A DNA stretch of 64,000 nt from Macrostomum lignano (GCA_002269645.1 NIVC01000181.1:1-64000); one strand, 5' to 3'. Positions 1-31,896 are shown, numbered from the stretch's first letter. Program-made: numbers and translations. Notes: generated by a model from the sequence alone, not told the origin.

Positions 1-926
1 CACGACGATACGGTGTGCGGTGGTGCGGTGGGGAAGTGAAGCGTTTGTTAAATACATGTGCTGCGCACACAATTTAAACTGAAAAGCAACAGAACAATTT
101 TGAATGAATATAAGTCATGATTTCTAAATGGATAGCACTAGTTGGAGTGGATGTGACAACGGATGTGACAACCTTCTTCTATTAAGAAGGTCAACAAGAA
201 AGCCCATTTAATGTGAATTTTCAGACCAAAATGTTTCATTTTTCCAAGCCTCTCTCCCATTTTTTCCTATTTTTCGTTTGGCTAGTATGTAACTTTTAAC
301 TGCTATCAAGGCATAAGCTACGTGAGATGCATTCCGGTGATTGGCTGCGGGTCAGGACTAAAGTGACGGGCGCTGGTTACGAGTAGCACTTGAAGCATTT
401 TGCCCGCTAGCGACTGCTGACCTGTGCGAGTGTCCGCCGGGCCCCAACCAGCCAAGCGAGCACGAGGCGCACTGCTCGCCCAGTCGAATGAAGTGAACGC
501 TGCCAGCGTCCCGCCGCTTGATTGGCTGGTAGGACTGGATTAAAGTGAAGCATCCGGGTCAGACAGACACTTTATGGTCAACCATAGTCCAATGACTCGA
601 CATGATTATCTATATACACACTTGTATAATTCATTTATCGAGGATTTGAAGTCCAAGTTATAACGCTGATATATTGATAATTGATAGCTTTATTGATAAA
701 GAAAGGTTAATGAAAGTGAAAGAGGCCAACAGCTCTCTTTTTCAATGTAGTGAAATTCAGGATTTATTAAGCTTGATTGGCTCAACGTTGTAGAGTTTCA
801 ATGTTGTGAAAGCGATCAGAGTTCTCTTTCCTTTATTTATTAGTTCGCAGCACAGTAGTAGAATAACTAGATGGCCACTCAGGCATAAATACTTAGTAAA
901 TACTCAGGCATAAAACAGCTTTCTAA

Positions 927-1115
927 GGGGGGCCGTAGCCCAGCGGTCTAGCGCAGGCTCTGGTGTGCCAGCGACCCAGGCTCGATTCCAAGTGCAGTCA
1001 CATTAATGTGGGGCTGAATTGGAATCTTGGCTCGGCTCTGCTCGTGCAATTAACGGCCTTGAGAGCCAACCCCCCAAGGCACAGTGAAGTGTACATGCCT
1101 AACGATAATATAAAG
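927..1115 (+). mobile_element. tRNA-derived SINE-like repeat (second family) or tRNA pseudogene
   Basis: A-box TAGCCCAGCGG and B-box GGCTCGATTCC at tRNA-like spacing, but the cloverleaf does not pair properly; the 3' end is approximate. Confidence 0.5.
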
Positions 1116-2096
1116 TTAGGGCCGCTGTACACTCCTGTGTGAGTGTGTGCCTGCGTACGCATCCGCGCGCTTGTATGCCTGCTCAGGGGAGTCGGTATAG
1201 AATGGGGCAGTAATGTCTCTCGCCGGTTGTGTGCCTATGTCGCTTAAAGTGCGCCAGGGTGCACACAACCCCCTGCCTCTAATAAAAAAATAATTACTGC
1301 TTTCTACTTTCAGTTCAGTAGCAGAGAAGAACACATAAGCTATTTTATAAAAATTAAGGCAGCTAATACGACTTTGATAAGTTTAGCATCCCAAGCCAGC
1401 AGGCGTAAACAACTTGCTAATTGGTTCAGCAATAATGTACATTAGCCAGTCCACTGAAATGTACATGGCAGATTTAGGCTGGAATTCCGGACGTGCAATA
1501 AAAATTGGGGCGGGGCGAGGGGTAGTGTGGAAAGGCGCGCTTGGGGTTTAAAATGGATGTAAGAGCAATAAATGAGCCTTCCTTGGCTTAAAAAAATACA
1601 TTAAAATGCTTCTGTTTAACTTACTACTGAACTGAAAGTAGTTTGCACGCAAATGTGCTGAGTGGCACATCCAGTTATTCTAGTATCCGTTGTTCGCGTT
1701 AAACGCATTAAATTTACACTACAATGTAAGACCATAAAAATTAAACGGTAAGAGTCAAAGAGCTTAAAAATGTTGAAATCTTCATTAGAAAATAATGGTT
1801 TAGAACTTGATAGCGATCTACACAGAACCAGTTTGTTACTTTTCCAGCCACTGTGCTTACCTGTTAGCATTGCTGCAGCAGAATCAGACCGTGCCGAAAG
1901 CACCTGCTGCCCAGTTGGATCTGTGGCCTGCGTTTGAACAGTTGAGTAATGCGAGACATGTAACTGTCTGTACAGAGAGACTGTTACTAAATGGCTGTTT
2001 CTTCTGTCATACTTACGGACAGAGACCTGTCGATAGTGTCTATGCTAGACGAGCTGTAATGAAAAGCTGTATCGAATGCTGTTTTCAGCTGGTCAC

Positions 2097-21597
<19,501 letters not shown>

Positions 21598-23144
21598 GGC
21601 AACGATCAGGAAGGATATTGGAGCAACAGTGATTAATACAAGCTGTCGTTGTTGTCAATCAGCTTGACTGTTTGTCGGGTGCTCGTGGCGCTCGCATGCT
21701 GCGCTGCTGCTAGCATGGCGCCCTCCTCCACAGTGAGGGCCGCTGCCGATGTGCGGGAGGCTGCTTAGTTGGTTCTGAGACGAAGCTGTCCTTGCCGAAC
21801 GACTGCTTTGCTGACAAAGAAGCCAATTATTATGCACAGTTAGGCTGGAAAATTCTCTTTGACTAGGCCGCCAGCGGTTGTTGGGGCAGCTTGCCAACCA
21901 GAAGGGGGTGCGACTGCGGAACTGGGAGAGAGAACCGGTAGAGCTGCTCCCGCTGCTGCTCCTACTGCTGGCAGGAATTTTACGGCGCCACGGACACGGG
22001 CTCTCGATCGGCGCTTATTTGGGTGAAAAGGAAGAGAAAAAACTGCTGGAGACAGGAAGAGGATGAGGCAGAGAAGGCAACTGGGGGAGGAGAGGGGAGT
22101 TTGCAGATCCAGCGCGATGCGGGCGCGACGCAATGGGAAGGGAAGAGAGATTTTTGGGGAGGGAGTTTTTGTCTAGAGTAAAACGAGAGAAAGAAGGACA
22201 GAGACAGCCAACCAGAGGTGGGTTTGCGATATCCCCCCACGATTGTGATACACGGTTCCCAGTTTAGGAAGGCGTGGCATCCGCGGCAAGGTGTGCGGTA
22301 GAGGGAGCCGGGTAGATAAGAGGACCGGAGGCGGGTGAGCAGCCATGGCGGGATTCGCCCATCCAGAGCAGCCCCCTCCCGGGACAGCCAATAAGAAGCC
22401 AGTGTTGTCCATACCAACAGCAACAATGACATGATAGCTGCTGAACATTGCACACTCACTGCAAGCAGCTGAGATACCTGCACAGCTCCCATCTCCGCCC
22501 CCGACTCCCGACCGGCTACGGTTGGTTGGCTGGTGCTCTGTCAAGCGTTTGAGTCTGTATGGAAGCTATAAGGGGGAGGGTAGTTTCACAAGCTGCAAGT
22601 AGATTTTCGATGAAATGCTGTGCATAAAACGGCGTTTTTGCATGGGGCCGACGATGAAACCGCGTCGCATACATTTTGAGTCTGCTCCGATTGAGGAATT
22701 GGAGAGATAGAGAGAGACAGGGAGGTTTGTAGCCTCGCATTCTCAGTGAGGGAAAGAATGGCAGCGTCCTTGCGTGCCCGGTACTCTAAGCGGTGCAAAA
22801 AGAAAGGCTGAAGAACAAGGCCAGGCTATAAAGAAAGATGCTGTGGGAAGCTACCTGGGACTTAAGGATTCTACTAGGCTAGGTAGCTTATAGCTCCTAC
22901 TTACTGGTTGTATTTCTCCTATATTGTGCGGAAGCCATTGTGGCTTTCTTTTGTACCTACATGTATGTGTGAGAAACGTTTCTTAATTAAAAGGATAAGC
23001 TCTTTGGCCAGTTGGGTACGTTTACTATTCTTTGTACTCGTATTGCCACGATATATGCAGTGTGAGCTATGTTGATACCATATTAAGATATTAATTACAG
23101 TAAGACCATGTAAGAACTTAAATCAAGTACTGAACGCTACATGT

Positions 23145-24144
23145 TGTAGTGAGCCGCTAGTTTATGGTTAGGCGTCGCCCTTGTCAGCTGTTCCCTCGCC
23201 TCCGCCCTGGGTTGCTGTCTGCCGCTGGTCAGCTTCCCGCCCCTCCCTTTCGCGTGTCTGCTGCTGCCCGTGGCCTGTTCTGGCCTTCTGCGTCTCCGTT
23301 CTCAGCCCCCAGCCTCTCGGCTGTGGGCTGTCTCTGTTTCGCTCCCGTCCCGTTTTCCCTGTCTTGTGAGCAAGTCACATGACAGTTCTTGCGTTCTTTG
23401 AGTCTTAAAGTGCAGTAAACATGTTTACTGCACTCGTTGGCCCTGTTTACCGGGTGAGTCACATGCTTTCGGACCCCTCCCTTTTCTAAGGAGAGGAGTG
23501 ACTCATGTTGCTAAAAATAGCAACTGAGTCACAGCCATGTGTACTCTGCCGGGGACCCTCAAGTGACGTCAGTTCTAAAAATAGAACAAGTCACGAGGTC
23601 TTCCGCACGCTTCTACCCTGCCCAAGACTCTCGAGTGACGTCAGTTCTAAAAATAGAACAAGTCACGAGGTCTGGAGCGTGGGAATTTCCCGGCTATAAA
23701 TAGGAGCCCTCTCCCCCTTGTTTCCGTCAAGGAGTCTTCCTTCTGTTCAACCTCGAGTTCTACGTCCGCGTGTGACTAAGTCCCGAGTGTCCGAGTCTTT
23801 GCGCACATTGATTCTGTTCCTATTGCTCCGACTGAGACCCGACCAAACCAACCCAAGTTTACGAGAGGCTAACTCCGCCCTCCCTGTACCATCCAAGCCC
23901 GGCAGGTGCTGCTGACGAGACGCCTTATACGTTGAGCTGCAAATCTGCACGTCGTGCTGTGTTCGTTGACTTCATTATTTCGTTCCGACGGGAAGCTCAC
24001 CTCACCGAAGGCCGAGACCTGAAGGAACTGGTGGCAGCACTACCTACGCTACTGAGAAAGTTGAGAGAACTTCCCACTGAACAGGCCCGAGTCTGAGGGT
24101 AATCCGCAAGGGCCTAAACCGGGAAGAAACCCCATTGTACTTCA
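23145..24144 (+). repeat. 5' LTR
   Basis: 1000-bp direct repeat of 32522-33520; internal duplicated ~40-bp unit; TATAAA at 23695. Confidence 0.97.
23411..23700 (+). promoter_or_regulatory. LTR U3 enhancer/promoter with forkhead, AP-1, CRE and NF-kB consensus sites and a TATA box
   Basis: TGCAGTAAACATGTTTACTGCA palindrome 23411-23432; TGA(G/C)TCA at 23455, 23499, 23525; TGACGTCA at 23564, 23636; GGGAATTTCC 23681-23690; TATAAA 23695. Confidence 0.6.
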
Positions 24145-24233
24145 CTGGTGCAGCGGTGGGATCCGACTACGACACACCCAAGCCAACCGCTCTTTCGAGA
24201 ACGACATCGGCCAGCGACTACGACGAGTTCAAC

Positions 24234-25409
24234 ATGTTCAACGAACGAGACGAGAGCCGGTGCAGCAGCCGGCTGGATCAGCACATCAGCAGTTCGAGGC
24301 CTGCGGCAGCAGATGCCGCCGCAGCAGCAGCAGCGATCAACGACTTTGGTCAGCAGCCAACGCCGAGGCAAGGTGCTAGAAGCGACGCGTCCGACGACCC
24401 GCCAGACGAGCTTTTGCAAGGCCTGGACAACATCGGCCGGAACATCACGCACCAGGACGTGAGGACCATGATGGCAGCTCTGCAGCAGCAGATGGAGCGG
24501 CCCGTGAGTAAACAAGTTAAAATTGTGAAGTTTACTCCAAGTCAGGACATTCATGTCTGGCTTGCCGCGTTCGAGCAGCGTTGCGAGATGGAGCGCATCA
24601 ACGACCCGTTCGAGATGAAGCAACACCTCATCGCGAGTCTTGATTTGGCTACTGCGTATCCTGCCTTGCTTGGTATGAATCTTCCGCGTTTCGCCAGCTA
24701 CGAGGAGGTCAAACAACGTCTGATTGAGCGATTTGCCCGTCATGGTGGTGCTGATGAGTATCGAGAACTGTTGAGGCGTCGTCAACAAGGCAAGAATGAG
24801 TCAGCAGAAGAGTTTGCTGACGCCCTGAGAACTCTGGGTGAACGTGCATATCCTCGAATGCATCCTGAAGACCGCGAGAAGGAGATTGCTGATCAATTCC
24901 TTGCTGGTGTCCGGACGACTCCAGACCTGCGCGAACGGCTGTACTGGGTTCGCCCGAACAATCTTCTTGCTGCGATTCGAGAACTACGACGACTAGAAGG
25001 CGCCAAAGAATTGGCGCAACGAACCGCTCAACCCCCGGTTAGGATGTTGGACGGGGAGCAGGACGGCGACCCGAAGCCCGACGTCACCGCCCAAGCCTTG
25101 CTAACTCTAACCGACTTGATCGAGAAGCAGCAGCGAATGCTTGATCACCTGGTGCAGCGTGACCAACAGCAGGTAGCCAGTCCGCCAAAGAGAGCGATAA
25201 TCTGCTATAGCTGCGGACAGCCCGGTCATCGCAACACCCAGTGCCCGATGCGCCAGAACCAGGGAAACGGCCAGGCGGAGAGCGACAACGGCACCGCCCT
25301 CCGCGAGGTCCAAGCCCAGGCTACTTGGCAGACTCCGAGAGGTCACCAGAAGAAGAGGATGTCGGCTGTGCAAGCGCCAATGCCCAGTCCGACAGTCGCT
25401 CGCCAGTAA
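24234..25409 (+). CDS. gag: Gag (retrotransposon capsid-like region plus CCHC zinc knuckle)
   Basis: Frame open from 24135; first ATG at 24234; CYSCGQPGHRNTQC zinc knuckle. Confidence 0.9.
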   Translation: MFNERDESRCSSRLDQHISSSRPAAADAAAAAAAINDFGQQPTPRQGARSDASDDPPDELLQGLDNIGRNITHQDVRTMMAALQQQMERPVSKQVKIVKFTPSQDIHVWLAAFEQRCEMERINDPFEMKQHLIASLDLATAYPALLGMNLPRFASYEEVKQRLIERFARHGGADEYRELLRRRQQGKNESAEEFADALRTLGERAYPRMHPEDREKEIADQFLAGVRTTPDLRERLYWVRPNNLLAAIRELRRLEGAKELAQRTAQPPVRMLDGEQDGDPKPDVTAQALLTLTDLIEKQQRMLDHLVQRDQQQVASPPKRAIICYSCGQPGHRNTQCPMRQNQGNGQAESDNGTALREVQAQATWQTPRGHQKKRMSAVQAPMPSPTVARQ

Positions 25410-28400
25410 GTGACGCGGAGTGCGGAGGTTTCGTGGACACCTCCCCGAATCAAAAAATCCATGCGCGTGAGGCCGATCCGTACGTCACAGGTCGAGTAGC
25501 GAGTCGAGAAGTCCCTTTCTTGCTAGACAGCGGCAGCCGGAAAAACTTCCTTGGTTCGTCAACCTGGGCCGCTATTAGACGCCGGATGCCTCGTTGTATT
25601 ATATCGCATGCTATTCCCGATTGCGTAACTATGTATGACGGGACGCAGCTCCCGCTTGCTTGTAAGGTGACCATCCCGGTGGAGTTCGGTGATGTCGTCG
25701 CGGACACCGAATTCCTCGTCACGGTCTCCGATTGTGAAAATTTGCTTGGCGTATCGTTTATGCGAGAGCACTGACAGAACTTGGACTTCGCTCAAGGAAT
25801 GCTAACGTTCAACAATGGCACGTGCATCCCTGTTCGTTATTCGCGTCGCGAGCTTCAAACCTGCCGAGTGTACACCTCCGAGAAGTGCACCCTGCCGCCT
25901 AGAAGTTCAGCGCTGCTTCCCGTCAGATTGGATGACGGCCATTTCGAGAATCGAGGATCGCCATCAATCGTCGAGCTGGTTAAGTCGAGGCTGCATCCCA
26001 GTTGCAACGTTCTGGAAGCAGCGCCTGCTCTGATGACGATGCCTGAAGGTCGCGGCTATCTTGAGGTCGTCAACACCGCCGACAGCGAGGTGTTCCTGCA
26101 AGCCGGTATCCGTGTAGGTGTTGCGACGCCACTCCGAACTGCCGACCTGATGTACTTGAGCGAGACGCCCGAACCTGAAGTGCGACACCTCCCGAAGAAC
26201 TCTGAAGAGTCCAGCACAGCATGGCTAGATGAAGTCGAGATCAACAGCGAATTGTCCAAAGAACAACATCAAAGAGTGCGAGATCTACTAGTCGAATGTC
26301 AAGCGGCCTTCTCCAAGCACTCGCTAGACGCCGGCCTGACTCACCTGGTGACCCACGAGATCATCTTGAAGGACCGGACACCAGTCGCGCTACCACCGCG
26401 CCGAATCCCGCCTCATCTGAAGGACAAACTCGACGCCCTGCTAGACGAGATGCTGGCGAAGCACATCATTCGCCCTGCCTACTCGAGCTACAATTCGCCA
26501 ATGCTCATCGTGCCCAAGAAGGACGGCAATATCCGACTAGTCCACGACTTCAGAGCTCTCAACGATAGGTGCGTGTATCACCCGTATCCGCTCCCGCACA
26601 TCCAGGAAACCTTCGCGAAGCTTCGTGGTGCTCAGTGGTATTCCAGCTTAGACCTTGCTCAAGGATTCTGGCAGATCCCGCTGCGTGACTGCGACCAGCA
26701 CTTGACGGCATTCTCAGTGATCGACCGCGGCCAATTCTGTTTCAACGTTCTACCGATGGGTCTCCACGACAGTCCCGGCAGCTTTCAGCGTTGCATCAAT
26801 AAGCTCCTGGACGGCCTGACGCCAAAGACTGCGCTTGGCTATATGGACGACATCGTGGTGCACTCAGTGACTTTCGAGGAACAGCTGGATAACTTGCGAA
26901 CTGTACTCCAGCGCATCATCGCAGCCAACCTCAAAGTGAAACCGAAGAAGTGTCATTTGTTCCTCAAGGAGCTGCATTATTTAGGTCACGTCGTGACTCC
27001 CGACGGCCTGAAGACCTGTGAGGACAAGATTGCGCAGATCCGTGATTGGCCCGTGCCACAGTCCGTTACTCAACTGAGACAATTCCTAGGCCTCGCCAAT
27101 TACTACCACAAGTTTGTCGACGGCTACGCTGGAGTGGCTGCGCCGCTGCATGCCCTGACGCGAAAGGACATTGGCAGCCTGCGGCAGCATTGGACTCCCG
27201 AGCATCAGTTAGCGTTCGACACTTGAAGAAGAAATTGTGTTCTACTGAAGTTCTCGCTCTGCCTGAATTTAATTCTGATCCTGCTGTGAAGTTTGTCCTC
27301 GACACGGATGCCTCTGATATTCGAATAGGCGCTTGCCTTGGACAACTGCAATCCGACGGCGTCGAACGTCCAATTGCATTCTTTAGCCGTAAACTTCGCG
27401 ATCCTGAGAAGCGCTACACGGTCACGAAGAAAGAGCTGCTTGCAATTGTGGACGCTATGCGACATTTCCGTCATTACTTAATCGGCAAGAAGTTTGAAGT
27501 TCGATCCGATCATCGGGCCTTACTGTGGTTACTGAACCAAACTCAGGCCACAGGTATTTTAGGCCGCTGGATCGAGCGCCTAAGCGAGTTCCGCTTCCAG
27601 CTCAACCACCGCAAAGGCAAGGACCACGCCAACGCTGATGCCCTGTCAAGAAGACCGGAGGCGCCGCCGATCTCCTTCGAGCATGGCCGACTGCTAGAGC
27701 AACCTGGTTCTACAGCCCGACCCGGTGACGACCACGACCTGGAACCGGATTTGGACCCGACACCCGAGGCCACTGCCAGAGCAGCCCTCCAGAAGACAGT
27801 CCACTCTCGCTGCTTGGAGGCCGAGACTGACCTGGACGAAGACCTGGAAGCCACCGCGCCAGCAGCCTTCCAGCACGACGCCCACCGATGCAGTCAACGC
27901 CTGGAGTTCGGCCTGGACGACAACTCAGAGGCCACTGTGACAACAGCCCTCTGCAACGATGCCCATGCCGCCCACTGCAATTTGGAGACCAACCTGGACG
28001 AAGACCTTGAGGCCACTGTGGACACAGACCTCCTTGACGACGCCCAAGACTACAGGTCTCGGACTCTGGAGACGCCCACGGACCAAGATTCAAAGGCCAC
28101 CGCACCAGCAGCCCTTCTGATGACGGCCCGCAACGCAACTCCAGGCAAGCAATTTAACTACAACCCTTCCGAGCCTTTCGCTGAGATTTCTCGCCGTGTT
28201 GACAGAGGCCAGAATCTCGCGCCAGCTGCAAGGTCGAAGCTCTGTCCCCCGGGCCGACAGACAGCTGCTCATCGCCTGTGCGGAAAGTCGAGTCCCCCTT
28301 TGCGACACCGCCCAGTGCTGGAGAAGACTCACCCAATTTTGACGACGACTGAGCCGACGGCTACGGCTGCCTGCGACGAGGCGTGCTTCACGTGTTGCGT

Positions 28401-31400
28401 CCCGCCCTACAGCCAAGAGTCGCCTGTGCTATGCAGTGGAGGCATGCGCGCTGCTCCATCTGCGGAATCTTCTGTCATGAGAGCGATAAAGAGAACTTCG
28501 ATTCGAGATCAACGGACGTACGCCGACGTTGTGAGACAAAGTCCCTCGGAGCGACCTAATCCTGACGCCGACAAGACGGTGCCGTGTGATCGACCTGGAG
28601 CCATTAAAGCGGAGACTGCGGGAGTCATGACCCCTCAGCCATGCCGCGCCGTGCTCTCTGATTTTCTGAAGCTGCCGATGACTCGCCAACAGTTCGTTGA
28701 AGCCCAGCGCGCTGACCGAGCCATCAGCTACGTGCTCAACCTGGTCAAGGACGAAGCCCCGAAGCCTGAGTTCGACGCCCGGTTGCGACTGACTAAGGAG
28801 CAGCGGAATCTGCTCGGATACTACGAGAACCTGCAGGAGGACAACGGCCTGCTGCTGATTGACCTGACTGATGGACAGCAGCCGCCAAAGGTTGTTCTGC
28901 CTGAGGCCCTTGACGCCCAGGTGCTCCAGGAGCTCCACAGTTCGCCACTGTGTGGACACCTCGGCGAGACGAAGACGTTACTGCGGCTACGAGAACGGTT
29001 CTGGAGACCCGGATTAGCCCGTGCTACCAAGACCTTCATCAGTAAGTGCCGCACTTGCCTTGAAAGTAAATCGCGACGGCGAGAGAGAGTTCCGGTCCAG
29101 AGCTTCCCAGTTTGCGAAGTTCTGGGTAGAATCCACTGTGATGTAGTAGGACCAATCGCGCAGAAGAGCAAGAGCGGTAACCGCTACATCCTGACCTTGT
29201 GCGATGCGACGTCGAAGTATCCATTCGCCTACCCGATGAGAAACCAGAAAGCCAAAACAGTCATCAAGCTTCTGCAGGAGCGCTTCATCCCTGAGTTCGG
29301 TGTACCATGCTGGATCCACACTGACCAAGGCACCAACTTCACCGGCTCGGCCTTCAAGAAGTTCTGCGACCTGTTTGGCATTCGGCATACGACAACAACA
29401 CCGTACAATCCAGCTTCCAATGGACAAGTGGAGAACCTCAACAAGCAGCTGAAGAGTGTCCTCACCTGTCTGCTCGAGCGCAACCACAACGACTGGGACA
29501 CCTTCCTCCCGGCCTGTCTGATGGCTCTCCGCTCCAGCGTGCACCCGGTGACCGGCTTCACGCCTCACTACCTGGTGTTCGGCCGTGACTTCCGACTCCC
29601 GATCGACAACGCGCTGAAGAAGCTGCCCGAGTACGCCGACCTGCCCGACTACGTCAAGGACTTCCAACGTCGCCTGGACGAGGCGACTGAGCTAGCCAAG
29701 GAGCGCCTGCATCTGCACCAGCAACTGCGAGACGAGCACTATTCGAACCTGCCCGTCGCCAAGAAGCTTCAACCCGGTGATCTGGTCTTCCTCAACAATC
29801 CGGTGCTTGAACCGGACGAGGCGGCGAAGTTTCATCGCCCGCGCAAAGCACTGTACGAAGTCGTCGAGCCTAAGGGCGAGGTTGTCTACAAGATTCGACG
29901 GAGACTGCCCAACCCGAGAGCTAGACGAGACGAACTAGTCGTCCATCGCCGGAACCTTCTGCTCGTGCCTGACGCTGACTATACGAGGACTTCCGATCCT
30001 GAAGTCGACAAGCTGAAGAGGCGTCGGCGACCGCCCGACGTCCCCGACGGCGCAGGACCCGCGACCCTGACGCCGATCCCCGAGGACGACCAGGACGACC
30101 CCGACGATGATGATGATGACAGCTACGACGCAAGGCCGGCCTTCCGATGGCACTTCCGGCCTTTGGCGATCCCGGAGGTGCAGCCAGGAGGTGGACCGGT
30201 CACGACACCAGCGAACCAGGCAAGTGCACTTCGGCGTGAGCCAGTGCCGTATGGTGAATGTCATTTGCATGAGCCTGTTCTTGATGCGTCTACGCCTGTT
30301 GTTTCTTTTCCGCCCGTTTCTGCTCCCGCCCCCAGTGCTGCTTTATCTGTGGTCCAGACCCCTGGGCCGTCGCTATGCACCACTCCGGTGGAAGCGTCAT
30401 TAGGAACTGTAGATGCCGGTAGGCCGGCTAGGAACCGTAGGCAGCCTGAGAGGCTGATTATTAATCCTAGGGCTAAAAGTTACGTTAGCCGCACCGCCCG
30501 CATCCGCGCACAAACTAAAACGAATTTCAGCGCAGAAATGCAACCGCGCCGTATTGCTAAGCGCACTGAGCGCTCGCCGCCTACTGAGGCTCGCCTCAAT
30601 CGACCCCGCTACTATGTCGAACCGGGGCCTCCGATCGGCGCAGCGGCCGGCCAGCTCGAATCTGGCGAGCACCGAGAGGCTCATCGCATTCCTCCCCAGC
30701 TCCGGCTCGGCTTCCGCCAGGACTGCGGAGCTACGCCGCTGCCGGAGGAGAACCATCGCCCGTCAAGGAGGCGCAGACGTCGACGCCGACCGGGGCACAA
30801 CCGGACCGCCGGTGCCGAGGGGACGCCCTCGGAGAACCCGGCCGTCGTCCGTCGTCTAGCGCCAACCTCATCAGGAGGACAGGCGGCTGCGTCAACAGCC
30901 AGCACGGAAGCTGTCGCCCAAGGAATCGCGTCAATCCGACGCCAGGTCGAGGCCGACCAAGCACGCGAGGCCGCTGAAACCAGCCGGGAGCGACCCAAGC
31001 CCGCCACGACCGACACCAAGCCTGAAGCCAAGGGGCAGCGCCGACCGCAAACTGCCGCTCCCGTCTGCATCGACCTGACGGGTTTGGACTCACCAACGGC
31101 CGAGCCGATGCCTAAGACTCAACCAGCCCCGGTCAACAAAGAGGCGGTCGCCGAAGCCCTGGCCGCCGTGCGACATCGGCTGTCACCCAGACCGCCAACG
31201 CCACCTTCAACGTCCAAGCCGAAGCACCGAGACCCGCGGCCGGAGCCGGCCGCCGGAGGCGCCACGACATGGGCGGAGGATGATGCCGCCCCAATTTTTC
31301 TTTGTAGGGTCGCCGGCCAGGACCACCATCTGGAGCCAGCCTCACCGCCGCGCGACGACCAGACGTGGCTGCCCACGGTCCCTGAGACCGAGCCCCCGGC

Positions 31401-31896
31401 TGAACCGAGAACCACCGAGGCCGCCTGCCAGACGGAAGACCATCCCGCCGAGGCGGCTGTCCTCAACGACCTGGCTGCGGAACTGAGGCAGGCCTTGGCC
31501 CCCAGCGACACGGCCCCGCCGCCGCCGCCTAACTCGCCCGAGCCCGACGACGCGGAAGAAGACCCAGCGCCTGCAGACCCCTCGCCAGCCGTGCAAGCCG
31601 CCGTCAACCGCTACATTGAGGCGGTCTACTTTATTGCACAGCAACTGACGGCCGCGGCTCAGTTAAATCTCCTGCCGAACCTCTCGGACTGGCCGCGATG
31701 GGCATGCCTCCGCGCTCTTACTGACGATGATCGCCAGAGGCTGCTGAACGAGGCAGCCCAACTCGCCGAGCCCACGCTCAGACGACCACCGCACCCCGAG
31801 ACAGCGCGCGTTGTAGCTCAGCTAATCGCTGGGCAAATTGCTGGGCGCACACCGGCAGTGCCCGAGATCATAATGAACTGCGGCAGGGCGGACTGA
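25262..31896 (+). pseudogene. pol: Pol (protease, RT, RNase H, integrase) plus long C-terminal extension; interrupted by TGA 25772-25774 and a 1-nt deletion near 27223
   Basis: FLLDSG protease; YMDD RT; TDAS...ELLAIV...DHRAL...NADALSR RNase H; HSSPLCGH...CRTC and D-D-E (HCDVVGP, HTDQGTNF, GQVENLN) integrase. Entered by a -1 shift at GGGAAAC. Confidence 0.92.

Noticed and set aside
927-998. Functional tRNA gene
   Set aside because: A/B boxes are present, but the acceptor, anticodon and T stems do not pair properly and there is no poly-T terminator.
30538-31896. Env glycoprotein
   Set aside because: No signal peptide, transmembrane anchor or Cys-rich ectodomain.
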